A stretch of 62,851 nt of DNA, the filler included. It is 10 parts of 10 records of this genome, joined end to end, with 100 filler letters (N's around TTAATTAATTAA, not from the genome) between each part and the next. Parts side by side here need not be neighbours in the genome. Positions count along the whole stretch, not along the records: positions 36,673 to 43,149 come from SRR31156797_127673; positions 43,250 to 52,516 come from SRR31156797_127863; 8 more parts are not named here. One strand, given 5' to 3'. Each line of letters opens with the position of its first letter. Position 1 is the stretch's first letter. The translations under genes and the position numbers were made by a program. Of the stretch, positions 38,752-48,257 are shown in pieces. The notes under the pieces were generated by a model. The model made no database searches, was not told the origin of the DNA, and saw only the letters and a program-made list of their open reading frames with translations.

Positions 38752-39419
38752 CTATAAATCCGCTCGATTCGATCCGGCGCGACGCCCAGGAAATAGAGCG
38801 CCAGGCAGAACAGGTTGCGCGCACCGCGCCCAATATAGCCGTCCTTGCGGTAGCGCACCGCCGACGTGATGGCATCTGCGGCAAGAACCACCAGGCGCGA
38901 TTTGCCGATGCGCCGGATCATATCGACATCCTCCATCAGGGGTATCGCCCTGAAGCCGCCGACGGCTTCGTAAAACGCCTTCGAAATCAGCAGCCCCTGA
39001 TCGCCGTAAGGCAGGCCGAGGACCCGCGTGCGCCAGGCCACGAAACGGACCAGCCGTTTGGCCGCATCGCTGCCGTCATCCAGGGCGAAGCGAAAAACCG
39101 CCGCCCGCTCGGCATTAGCCGCATCGGCGATGAATCCCGCCACCGCTTCCGCCCAGCCGTCGCCCGGGACCGTATCGGCGTGCAGGAACAAAAGCCAATC
39201 GCCGGTGGCCGCGTTGGCGCCGACGGCCAGCTGGCTGCCACGGCCCCTTTCCGCACCGATCACCCGCGCCCCAACCTGCGCCGCTACCCGTCGGGTTTCG
39301 TCGGTCGAGCCGGCATCGGCGACGATGATCTCGTCGACATCGCCGTTGTCGCGCAAACAGCGAAGCGTCGCCGCCAGGCTACCCCCGGCGTTGAGCGTCG
39401 GAACGATGGCGCTGATCAT
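38748..39419 (-). CDS. TIGR04283 family GT2 glycosyltransferase
   Basis: ISAIVPTLN, DAGSTD, LFLHADT, LPYGDQG and PLMEDV motifs; ATGA overlap with the DUF2064 gene. Confidence 0.9.
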   Translation of the reverse strand: MISAIVPTLNAGGSLAATLRCLRDNGDVDEIIVADAGSTDETRRVAAQVGARVIGAERGRGSQLAVGANAATGDWLLFLHADTVPGDGWAEAVAGFIADAANAERAAVFRFALDDGSDAAKRLVRFVAWRTRVLGLPYGDQGLLISKAFYEAVGGFRAIPLMEDVDMIRRIGKSRLVVLAADAITSAVRYRKDGYIGRGARNLFCLALYFLGVAPDRIERIYR

Positions 39420-39578
39420 ATCGACGGGCCCCCTCTCACCCGCGCAACCGCGCTTTCCGTCCTAGCACAACGGGACGGCCGGTCCAATCCCGACCGCGGC
39501 CTTTAACGGTCTTTCCCGATCCCGGCCGATAGGCCATCATCGGAACCGCCAAAAAATAAGGAAGCAAGGGACCGGAGA

Positions 39579-40040
39579 ATGGCAAAAAGCGCGCCCTCAC
39601 CATGCGAACGGATCCGGCGCGTTGCCGTTTCTTTTCTGCTCGGCGCCCAGGCCGCCCTTTTTACGACGGCCGCTTTCGCAGCCGATCTGACCGTGACCCT
39701 TACCGATCTGCGCTCGGCCCGGGGCAATGTCCACATCGCGCTGTACGATACGCCCGAGGCCTTCCCCAAGGACGGCCGGTACATGGCCGATCGCATCGTG
39801 CCGGCGGCATCGGCGAGGGCAGTTTTCGCCGACATCGCGCCGGGCACCTATGCCGTCGCCACCTTTCACGACGAAAACGGCAACGGGGAATTCGACCAGG
39901 GTTTCCTCGGCTTGCCGCTCGAAGGCTATGCCTTCAGCAACGAAGCCCACGCCGTTTTCGGCCCGCCGGACTTCGCCGAAGCCGCCTTCACGATCGGTCC
40001 GGAAGGCACGGAAATCACCATCGGAATGATCAACTGGTAG
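39579..40040 (+). CDS. DUF2141 family exported protein
   Basis: Signal peptide; GTYAVATFHDENGNGEFD..FLGLPLEGYAFSN motif. Confidence 0.9.
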   Translation: MAKSAPSPCERIRRVAVSFLLGAQAALFTTAAFAADLTVTLTDLRSARGNVHIALYDTPEAFPKDGRYMADRIVPAASARAVFADIAPGTYAVATFHDENGNGEFDQGFLGLPLEGYAFSNEAHAVFGPPDFAEAAFTIGPEGTEITIGMINW

Positions 40041-40091
40041 GACACCGCTCGGGCCACGAAGCGTTCATGACTCTGCGAAGACTTCGCATTT

Positions 40092-40106
40092 GTTCTTGAT
40101 TTGTTC
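40092..40106 (+). promoter_or_regulatory. Alphaproteobacterial LexA (SOS) box
   Basis: GTTC-TTGATTT-GTTC (GTTC-N7-GTTC), 25 nt upstream of the radical SAM start codon. Confidence 0.75.
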
Positions 40107-40131
40107 TTTTCCCTGAGTCACTCTTCCCCGC

Positions 40132-41220
40132 ATGATCGACCGACTGCCCGACAAGCCGCAAAAAGGGCGCGGCGCGGTAAGCAACCCGACCGGCCGGTTC
40201 GAACCGGAAACCCGGGTTGCGACCGACGACGGCTGGGAAAGCACGGCCGAGGACGAACCGGCCCTGCGCACCACCATCACCGACGAAGTGGCGCGCAAGA
40301 TCATCTCGTGCAACCAATCGCCGGACGTCCCCTTCTGGCAATCGATCAACCCCTATCGCGGCTGCGAACACGGCTGCGTCTATTGTTTTGCCCGGCCCAG
40401 CCACGCCTATATGGGCCTGTCACCGGGACTCGATTTCGAAACCCGCATTTTCGCCAAGCCGAACGCCGCCGAGTTGCTGGTCCGGGAACTGCGCAAACCC
40501 GGCTACGTGCCGAAAACCATCATGCTCGGCGCCAACACCGATCCCTACCAGCCGGCCGAACGGGACCGCCGCATCACGCGGGAAATCCTCTCCGTGCTGG
40601 CCGCCTTCAACCACCCGGTCGGCATCGTCACCAAGTCGGCGCTGATCCTGCGCGATCTCGACATCCTGGCGCCGATGGCGGCGCGCGGAATCCTAAGCGT
40701 CGGCGTCTCGGTAACGACGCTCGACAACCGCATTGCCGCAAAGATGGAACCGCGCGCCGCCGCCCCGCACCGGCGCCTGGAAACCATCGCCGGGCTGGCC
40801 GGCGCCGGCGTCCCGGTCTCGGTTTTGGTGGCGCCGATCATTCCTTTCCTGACCGACAGCGAAACCGAATCCATCCTCGAAGCCGCTCATAAGGCGGGGG
40901 CCCGGGCTGCCGGCTACATCCTGCTGCGCCTGCCGTTGGAATTGAAGGACCTGTTCGCCGAATGGCTGGCCAGCCATTTCCCGGGCGCCGCCGACCATGT
41001 GCTGAACCGCTTGCGGGCGCAGCGGGACGGAACGCTTTATGTATCCGAATTCGGAACCCGCATGCGGGGGTCCGGGCAATACGCCGATTTGCTGGAACAG
41101 CGCTTCCAACTGGCCTGCCGCAGAATCGGGCTTCAAAACCGGGCCGAAGGCGACCTCGGCCTCGATGCCAGCCGGTTTACCGTCCCCGCCGCCGCCGGCG
41201 ATCAACTCAATCTGCTTTGA
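40132..41220 (+). CDS. PA0069/Rv2578c family radical SAM protein (spore photoproduct lyase-like)
   Basis: KGRGAVSNP.GRF, SINPYRGCEHGCVYCFAR, GANTDPYQP and a C-terminal QLNLL (clamp-binding-like). Confidence 0.92.
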   Translation: MIDRLPDKPQKGRGAVSNPTGRFEPETRVATDDGWESTAEDEPALRTTITDEVARKIISCNQSPDVPFWQSINPYRGCEHGCVYCFARPSHAYMGLSPGLDFETRIFAKPNAAELLVRELRKPGYVPKTIMLGANTDPYQPAERDRRITREILSVLAAFNHPVGIVTKSALILRDLDILAPMAARGILSVGVSVTTLDNRIAAKMEPRAAAPHRRLETIAGLAGAGVPVSVLVAPIIPFLTDSETESILEAAHKAGARAAGYILLRLPLELKDLFAEWLASHFPGAADHVLNRLRAQRDGTLYVSEFGTRMRGSGQYADLLEQRFQLACRRIGLQNRAEGDLGLDASRFTVPAAAGDQLNLL

Positions 41221-41438
41221 TACGAGCCCCGGGTCGACGGCCCCGACCGGGACCCTCGATTCAGGCGCCAAACCGGTGTCGTTCAGACTGTCACCCGAAT
41301 GTTACAAATTGAAACAATTCTTAACTCGCCGATCATCTTGGCGATGCAAAAAATATTTAGGCTTCCTGCAATCGCAATCGGTCGACGAATGCGTCGATCG
41401 CCGCGTGACAGCATTCTCAGGAGAAGGAAGCCGAAAAG

Positions 41439-42050
41439 ATGCCAGGACATAAAGGCAGTATCGTTGCGATCATCGCCTTGGTCGCCGGCCTGGGCGCAAG
41501 CCAGCCGGCCGTCGGTTACGACGGAGCGCTTTCCAGCGGAATCATCGACGGAACGGTCATCGAGGAAATCCGCAGCTGGCTGCAGACGCCGATCGTGCAG
41601 ATGTCCGTCGAAGCCCAGAACGGCCGCATTGGCGACATCAGGCAGGATCAAATCGACAAGCTCGACAAGCAATGGCGTGCCGAGCGCAAGGAACAGGTCC
41701 AGCCGATGGTCGCCGCGGCACTCAGCAATCCGCTGTCGAATTACCTGACGCAGATTCAGGCGGCGTCCGGCGGGTTGTACACCGAAATCTTCGTCATGGA
41801 TTCGAACGGCCTCAACGTCGGCCAAAGCGCCATTACGTCCGACTATTGGCAGGGCGACGAGGGCAAATTCCAGAAAACCTTCCCGAAGGGCGCCGGTGCC
41901 GTCTTCGTCGACGAAGCCGAATTGAACGAAGACAGCAAAACCTGGCGATCGCAGGTCAACCTGACCGTCGTCGACACATCGAAAAAGCCGATCGGCGCGA
42001 TCACGGTCGAGGTCAACCTCACCGAACTGGCTCGCCGAAAGGGCCTTTGA
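41439..42050 (+). CDS. Exported stand-alone PDC/Cache-like sensor protein
   Basis: Signal peptide and no other TM helix; EIFVMDSNGLNVGQS..TSDYWQGDE.KF and PIGAITVEV, a Cache-like strand pattern. Confidence 0.75.
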   Translation: MPGHKGSIVAIIALVAGLGASQPAVGYDGALSSGIIDGTVIEEIRSWLQTPIVQMSVEAQNGRIGDIRQDQIDKLDKQWRAERKEQVQPMVAAALSNPLSNYLTQIQAASGGLYTEIFVMDSNGLNVGQSAITSDYWQGDEGKFQKTFPKGAGAVFVDEAELNEDSKTWRSQVNLTVVDTSKKPIGAITVEVNLTELARRKGL

Positions 42051-42078
42051 GCGAACCCAGGGAAAAAAGGATCAACAC

Positions 42079-43149
42079 ATGTTTCAACTACTGAATAAAC
42101 TGAAGATCTCGATGAAGATCGCCCTGGCGTTCGGCATCCTTATCTGCGTCATGTCGACCGGCAGCGCCGTCATTCTTTTCGACATCTACGAACTCGACCA
42201 TATTTCGCAAGAACGGGCGGAAGCGGCGACATTCAAGGGCGACGTCGAAACCGCGTTGGCAGCCGTCCACCGGCAACAGGCCGCGGTGCTTGACCTGCTG
42301 GTTACCGGAAACCGCACCGCCATCGACGAATTCAAGGCCCTCGAAGATCAGTTTGGCGCCGCCATGGAACACGCCGCAAAGACGGCACCGGATGACACGG
42401 TTCGCAAGCTTCTGACCGAATTGTCGAGCAAGATCGACGTCTGGCACGACACCTTCGTCGAACGCCAGTTCGAACTGATGGACAACGCCCTTACCGTCAA
42501 CGAGGCCCGGGCGCTTGAAGCCACCGGCATTCCGCACAAACTTTTGGCCGAAGCCGACGCCATCGCGACCGATCTGGTCACCCGCATCGACACGATCGTC
42601 GAAGAACTGATCGCCGATGAGAAAGCCCATGTCGACGAGGTCAACTTCATCTCGTGGACGGTCAATATCCTGGTCGTATTATTTGCCATCGTTGCCGGTC
42701 TGCTGCTCACCCGCCTGATCGCGCGCCCCGTTCGCTCGATGAGCCAGGCCATGCTCAAGCTGGCCGAAGGCGATACCGGTGTTGACGTTCCCGGTGTCGG
42801 CAATGGCGACGAGATCGGCGAAATGGCCGGTGCCGTCCAGGTCTTCAAGGACAACAAGATCGAGGCCGACCGCCTCGCCGCCGAACAGAAGGCCCAGCAG
42901 GACGCGCAACTGGCGCGAGCCAAGCAGATCGAGGAATTGTGCGAGGCCTTCGACCTCACCTCTTCCGAAGCGGTCCGTGCCGTCGCTGCCGCCGCGACCC
43001 AGATGCAGTCGTCGTCCGAATCCATGACCGCGACGGCCGAACAGACGACTCATCAATCGGCGGCGGTTGCGTCCGCCTCCGACGAAGCGTCTGCCAATGT
43101 GCAGACGGTGGCCTCGGCAGCCGAGGAACTGTCCAGCTCGATCTCCGAG
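42079..43149 (+). CDS. Methyl-accepting chemotaxis protein (helical, CHASE3-like periplasmic domain + HAMP), 3' truncated
   Basis: Two TM helices, HAMP (DEIGEMAGAVQVFK), signalling domain start ASANVQTVASAAEELSSSISE. Confidence 0.93.
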
Positions 43150-43249
43150 NNNNNNNNNNNNNNNNNNNNNNNNNNNNNNNNNNNNNNNNNNNNTTAATTA
43201 ATTAANNNNNNNNNNNNNNNNNNNNNNNNNNNNNNNNNNNNNNNNNNNN

Positions 43250-44344
43250 GAAATCCTGGGCGGATTGCTGATCGCTTATCTCAACCTTGACGAGGTCATC
43301 CGCATCATTCGCGAAGAGGACGATGCCAAGGCCGAATTGATACGGGCTTTCGAACTGACCGATTTGCAGGTCGAATCCATCCTCAACATGCGGCTTCGCA
43401 GCCTTCGCAAACTGGAAGAACTGGCGATCCGTAAAGAGAATGAGGAATTGACGACCGAACGGACCGATCTGCTGGATTTGCTAGCCACACCGGAACGCCG
43501 CCAGAAGGTGGTGGCCGAAGAATTTGCCGACATCAAGAAACAATTTGGCGCGAAAACCGATTTGGGCCGCCGGCGCACGGAAATTGGCGATGCGCCCAGC
43601 GGTGTGGTGGTGCCACTCGAAGCCATGATCGAACGCGAACCGATCACCGTCATCTGTTCGGAAAAGGGCTGGATCCGGGCAGCCAGAGGCCATGTCGAGG
43701 ATGGTTCCGAAGTGCGCTACAAGGATGGCGACCGTGGCCGATTTATGATTCACGCGCAAACCACGGACAAGTTGGTCGTCTTCGCTACCAACGGGCGGTT
43801 TTATACGCTGGGGTGCGACAAGCTTCCGGGCGGTCGCGGCCATGGCGAGCCTCTGCGTTTGATGATCGAAATGACGAATGGCCACGATGTCGTCAACCTG
43901 TTCGTTCACTCCCCGGACCGTCGCCTGGTTGTTGCGTCCGAATCCGGGCGCGGGTTCATCGTCGAGGAGAAGGACGTCATTGCCCAGACCCGGACCGGAA
44001 AACAGGTGCTCAACCTTCCGGAAGGCGAAGAGGCCTCGGCCTGTGTAAGAATCGCCGAAGGCGCCGATTCGGTAGCGGTCATCGGTGAAAACCGGCGAAT
44101 GCTGATTTTCGGCATCGACGAGATTCCGGTCATGACACGGGGCAGGGGGGTCATATTGCAGCGCTATCGCAGTGGCGGACTTTCCGACCTGACAACACTG
44201 ACCCTGGCGGATGGCCTGACCTGGAAGGCCGGTTCGCGCACCCGTACCGAAACGCGGCTCGTCGATTGGGTCGGAAAACGGGCGCAGGCCGGGCGCCTGC
44301 CGCCACAGGGTTTCCCGAAAGCCAATCGATTTGATCTGGCGTGA
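43250..44344 (+). CDS. parC: Topoisomerase IV subunit A, 5' partial
   Basis: AYLNLDEVIRIIRE, ILNMRLRSLRKLEE, EREPIT.ICSEKGWIR and LPGGRGHGEP motifs; short CTD. Confidence 0.95.
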   Translation, partial: EILGGLLIAYLNLDEVIRIIREEDDAKAELIRAFELTDLQVESILNMRLRSLRKLEELAIRKENEELTTERTDLLDLLATPERRQKVVAEEFADIKKQFGAKTDLGRRRTEIGDAPSGVVVPLEAMIEREPITVICSEKGWIRAARGHVEDGSEVRYKDGDRGRFMIHAQTTDKLVVFATNGRFYTLGCDKLPGGRGHGEPLRLMIEMTNGHDVVNLFVHSPDRRLVVASESGRGFIVEEKDVIAQTRTGKQVLNLPEGEEASACVRIAEGADSVAVIGENRRMLIFGIDEIPVMTRGRGVILQRYRSGGLSDLTTLTLADGLTWKAGSRTRTETRLVDWVGKRAQAGRLPPQGFPKANRFDLA

Positions 44345-44482
44345 CTGCAGCGGATTCTCCGATGCTACGCATGCACTTTCTATCGGGCGTTTACATGAAG
44401 GCCCGAAGCCTGTAATCACATTCGGACCCGCCCGAGGGGGGATAGGGGCATTCCCGATTATTCGAATTCAAGGGAGACATCG

Positions 44483-45082
44483 ATGCCAGGACCGTCCGTA
44501 GCTCAACCCACTTTGGTTTCCGCCATCTGGTCTACGGGAAGCCGGAATAAGGCTTTGCGCTATACCGTTCTTGCCATTGCCGGAACGCTGTTGCTGACGC
44601 TTTCGGCGAAAATCCAGGTGCCGTTCTGGCCGGTGCCCATGACCATGCAAACCTTTGCCGTTCTGGTCATCGGCATGGCCTTCGGGCCGCGATTGGGAGC
44701 GGCGACGGTGGCTTTGTATTTGGCTGAAGGGGCATTCGGTTTGCCCGTATTCGCCGGCACTCCGGTCAAGGGCATCGGTGTTGCCTACATGATGGGGCCG
44801 ACCGGCGGCTATCTGGTCGGATTCCTGGTATCGGCCTATGTCGTCGGCCTTCTGGCACGGCACGGCTGGGACCGCAGTATGATTTCGGGCTTGGCTGCCA
44901 TGACCATCGGTACGGCGCTGATTTTTGGATTTGGTTATGTGTGGCTGTCGATCCTGATCGGTTTCGAAGCCGCTTTTGCCGCCGGTGTTTTGCCATTCCT
45001 GCCGGGCGCGGCCTTAAAAATCGGCCTGGCGGCGGCCCTGCTGGCGGCTTCCTGGCGCCTGCTTGAACGCCTCAAGACGTAG
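44483..45082 (+). CDS. bioY: Biotin transporter BioY
   Basis: PVPMTMQTFAV, GLPVFAG, GPTGGYLVGF and GVLPFLPG motifs. Confidence 0.94.
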   Translation: MPGPSVAQPTLVSAIWSTGSRNKALRYTVLAIAGTLLLTLSAKIQVPFWPVPMTMQTFAVLVIGMAFGPRLGAATVALYLAEGAFGLPVFAGTPVKGIGVAYMMGPTGGYLVGFLVSAYVVGLLARHGWDRSMISGLAAMTIGTALIFGFGYVWLSILIGFEAAFAAGVLPFLPGAALKIGLAAALLAASWRLLERLKT

Positions 45083-45104
45083 TCTGCCATTATATCGGAA
45101 ATCG

Positions 45105-45134
45105 AAAAGGTCGCCGGTTCCGGCGGCCTTTTTT
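45105..45134. terminator. Bidirectional rho-independent terminator
   Basis: AAAAGGTCGCCG-gttc-CGGCGGCCTTTTTT between convergent bioY and dctM. Confidence 0.8.
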
Positions 45135-45136
45135 CG

Positions 45137-46717
45137 TCAGCCGAACAGCGCCTTCGGAAGCCAGGTTGCCAAGCTTGGGAACAACGCCAGCAGGCCGAGA
45201 CAGATGATCTGGATCAAAACAAATGGAATGACACCCTTGTAGATATCCATCGTCTTGACCGTATCGGGCGCGACGCCGCGCAGATAGAACAGTGAAAAGC
45301 CGAAAGGCGGCGTCAGAAACGAGGTTTGCAGGTTGACCGCCATCATGATGCCGAGCCAGACCGGATCGACATCCATCATCAGAAGAACCGGCGCGACAAT
45401 GGGAACGACAACAAAGGTGATTTCCAGGAAGTCGAGAAAAAAACCGAGCACGAACATCACCAGCATGACGACGACGATGGCGCCGAAGACGCCGCCGGGC
45501 AGGTTGCTGAGCAAATGATGGACCACGTCGTCGCCGCCAAATCCCCGGAATACCAACGAAAACAGCTGAGCGCCGATGACGATGACGAAAACCATTGAGG
45601 TTATGCGCGTCGTGGTCCTGGCAACGTCTTTTAAAACCCCGCCGGAATGAACCCTGCGGATGGCAACGGCGGTACCCCAGGCGATCAACGCGCAAAGGAT
45701 TGCCGCTGCAATCAAACCGGATCGGTCGGCGGCTCCGATATTGTCGCGGGTGACGCGTAGATCGAGAAGCGAGGTCAGAATCAGTACGCCGATCAGGCTG
45801 GCTGCGGCGATGACAACGGCTTGTCTCCGGCCGTTTCCAAGTTTTTGACCGGCCAGAAGAATGGATCCGATGGCGCCGACGGCGGCGGCTTCGGTCGGTG
45901 TCGCAATGCCACCCAGAATCGATCCGAGAACGGCAACGATCAGGACGACCGGCGGGACCAGGGCGTGCAGCACGCGCGAGACCAGTTCGGCCGGATTTGC
46001 CGCCCTTTCATCGGCCGGGATCGGTGGCGACGAGTCTGGTTTCAGCCAGGCGACGAATATCTGGTAGACGATGTACATGCTGACCAGGACGAAACCCGGC
46101 ACCAATCCGCCGGCGAAAAGGTCGGCGACCGAAACGGATTCCGGCGCGAATATGCCTTGTTCCAATTGTGCCGTCTGATAGGCCGCCGAAATGACGTCTC
46201 CCAGCAGAACCAGCACGATGGATGGCGGAATGATTTGGCCGAGCGTTCCGGCGGCGCAGATTGACCCGCAAGCCAATGACGGCTCATAACCGCGGCGCAA
46301 CATGGTCGGCAAAGCCATCAGTCCCATGGTGACGACGGTGGCGCCAACGATGCCGGTCGATGCCGCCATCAGGGCGCCGACTACCGAAACCGAAATGCCG
46401 AGGCCGCCGCGCAGGCGTCCGAACAGCATGCCCATGGTTTCGAGCAGCTCTTCGGCGACCTTCGATCGTTCAAGCATGACCCCCATGAAAATGAACAAAG
46501 GTACCGCGATCAGAACTTCGTTCGTCATGATGCCGAAGATTCGTTGCGGATAGGCACCCAGGAAACTGGCGTCGAAGGCGCCGAAAATCGCGCCGATTCC
46601 GCCGAAGAAAAGAGCGCTGCCGGCAAGCGTGAAGGCGACCGGAAAACCGGCCATCAACACGCCGCAGGTGATGGCGAACATCAGTAGTGCCATGATTTCG
46701 GGGGTACCGAAGGTCAC
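45137..46717 (-). CDS. dctM: TRAP large permease
   Basis: GFPVAFTL, AASTGIVGATVV, GTLGQIIPPS, ATPTEAA and NLQTSFLTPPFG motifs. Confidence 0.94.
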   Translation of the reverse strand: MTFGTPEIMALLMFAITCGVLMAGFPVAFTLAGSALFFGGIGAIFGAFDASFLGAYPQRIFGIMTNEVLIAVPLFIFMGVMLERSKVAEELLETMGMLFGRLRGGLGISVSVVGALMAASTGIVGATVVTMGLMALPTMLRRGYEPSLACGSICAAGTLGQIIPPSIVLVLLGDVISAAYQTAQLEQGIFAPESVSVADLFAGGLVPGFVLVSMYIVYQIFVAWLKPDSSPPIPADERAANPAELVSRVLHALVPPVVLIVAVLGSILGGIATPTEAAAVGAIGSILLAGQKLGNGRRQAVVIAAASLIGVLILTSLLDLRVTRDNIGAADRSGLIAAAILCALIAWGTAVAIRRVHSGGVLKDVARTTTRITSMVFVIVIGAQLFSLVFRGFGGDDVVHHLLSNLPGGVFGAIVVVMLVMFVLGFFLDFLEITFVVVPIVAPVLLMMDVDPVWLGIMMAVNLQTSFLTPPFGFSLFYLRGVAPDTVKTMDIYKGVIPFVLIQIICLGLLALFPSLATWLPKALFG

Positions 46718-47256
46718 TTCATGGAATCCCTGACGTCGTGATTTTTCAAGGGCTGCCCGGCCAGGATCAGGCCGCTGCGAATGGCCAGCGATACGCCTTG
46801 CAGCCCAAGCAGCGCCGCAAACAGAAGGATCAGCGATTTAAGAAGAAAAACGCCCTGTATGCCGCTGGTTTCCTTCGATCCTTCCAGCACGGCCCAGGAA
46901 ACAGAAACATAACGCCAGGATACCCAAACGATGAGCACGCAAAGCGGCAACAAAAAAAGGATGGTACCGGCCAAGTCGATCATTGCCTTGGACCGCGGGC
47001 TGGCTTCCCGGTAGATGATGTCGATACGGACATGACCATCGTAGATCAGCGCATATCCGGCCGACGCCATGAACAGGACGGCATGCATATAGACTACGGA
47101 TTCCTGCATCATGATAGACCCGACACCGAAGACGTAACGCATCAGGACGATGACCACCTGAACCAAAACCATGATCAGGGCGACCCAGGCGACAGTCCGT
47201 CCGATCCGTTCGTTGATGGTGTCGATCCGCCGGGAAATGGCGGCGAGGAACTGCAC
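46714..47256 (-). CDS. dctQ: TRAP small permease
   Basis: Four TM helices, RYVF and HVRIDIIY motifs; GTG start at 47256 with a GGAGA RBS. Confidence 0.92.
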   Translation of the reverse strand: MQFLAAISRRIDTINERIGRTVAWVALIMVLVQVVIVLMRYVFGVGSIMMQESVVYMHAVLFMASAGYALIYDGHVRIDIIYREASPRSKAMIDLAGTILFLLPLCVLIVWVSWRYVSVSWAVLEGSKETSGIQGVFLLKSLILLFAALLGLQGVSLAIRSGLILAGQPLKNHDVRDSMK

Positions 47257-47435
47257 GAAAATTCTCCACTGCGGCTGCACCGCGAAAACGCGGCGCAATA
47301 TGGCCGATGATCCCCGTTATGTATAGGAAAAAGCCTGAAAATGAAGAGTGCGATTACACGGCCTCGACCTAATATGTCGCGGAGGCCAATTCAAGAAATC
47401 GTGTTTAGAAAACGTAACCTAAGGACAACTGCCTG

Positions 47436-48185
47436 TTATTCGGCGCTTTCGGGGTTGAAAGCAGAATTGTCAAGGCGAACCCATCCGTCAGGTCGATGAA
47501 CTTCGATGGGCCGAAACCGGTCCTTGTAAGACATCTTCTGACAATTGGCGATCCAATAGCCGAGATAGGCGTATGGCAGCTTCAATTCGGCGGCGCGCTG
47601 GATCGTCCAGAGAATCATCAGGGATCCCAGGCTTCGTCGGGTCTGATCGGGATCGAAAAAACTGTATACCGCCGACACGCCGTCGCCCAGATAGTCAATC
47701 AGACAACAGGCAATCAGCCGCCGATTTTCATCGCGAAACTCGGCCAAATGGGTGGAGACCGGACTGTTTTCGACCAGAGCGCGATAATCCGCACCATCCA
47801 TCCTTGCCATTTCACCGCTGCCGTGACGCGCTCCCTGATAGGCAGCGAACAACTCATACTGCTCGTCTGTGGCCAGCGGAGATACGATCTCGACACCCAA
47901 ATCGGCATTCGCATTGATGATCCGCCGCATTGACCGGCCCGGCTTGAACTCGCTGACGACTACTCGCACGGCTTTGCATTCGTCGCAATCGGGGCAGGCT
48001 GGCGCATAAGCGATGTCGTGGCTTCGACGGAAACCGGCATTTGAGAGAACGTCGTGAATCCTGGTGGCATCGTGTCCGCCGAGTTCCGTTACCAATCGGC
48101 GTTCCAGGCGTCCCGGCAGATAGGGACAAGGCATTAGCCCGGTTGCGAAAAAAAACCGGGTTGAAAGTATCGGTTCTTGCCGCAT
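47436..48185 (-). CDS. ate: Arginyl-tRNA-protein transferase / Bpt-type Leu-tRNA-protein transferase
   Basis: PCPYLPGR.ER, GFRRS..IAY.P.C..C.EC, SAVYSFFDP and YLGYWI..C.KM.YK motifs. Confidence 0.92.
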   Translation of the reverse strand: MRQEPILSTRFFFATGLMPCPYLPGRLERRLVTELGGHDATRIHDVLSNAGFRRSHDIAYAPACPDCDECKAVRVVVSEFKPGRSMRRIINANADLGVEIVSPLATDEQYELFAAYQGARHGSGEMARMDGADYRALVENSPVSTHLAEFRDENRRLIACCLIDYLGDGVSAVYSFFDPDQTRRSLGSLMILWTIQRAAELKLPYAYLGYWIANCQKMSYKDRFRPIEVHRPDGWVRLDNSAFNPESAE

Positions 48186-48257
48186 GAATTATTCGCTCGT
48201 TATAGCCGGGTGTTTACCCACTCTGCCTCAACTCTACAACGCCGTTCGAACGGCGGG

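Noticed and set aside
38152..41220. Treating the two transferases, DUF2141 and the radical SAM as one biosynthetic cluster
   Set aside because: The radical SAM has its own LexA box and belongs to the PA0069 repair-like family; the transferases are divergently transcribed.
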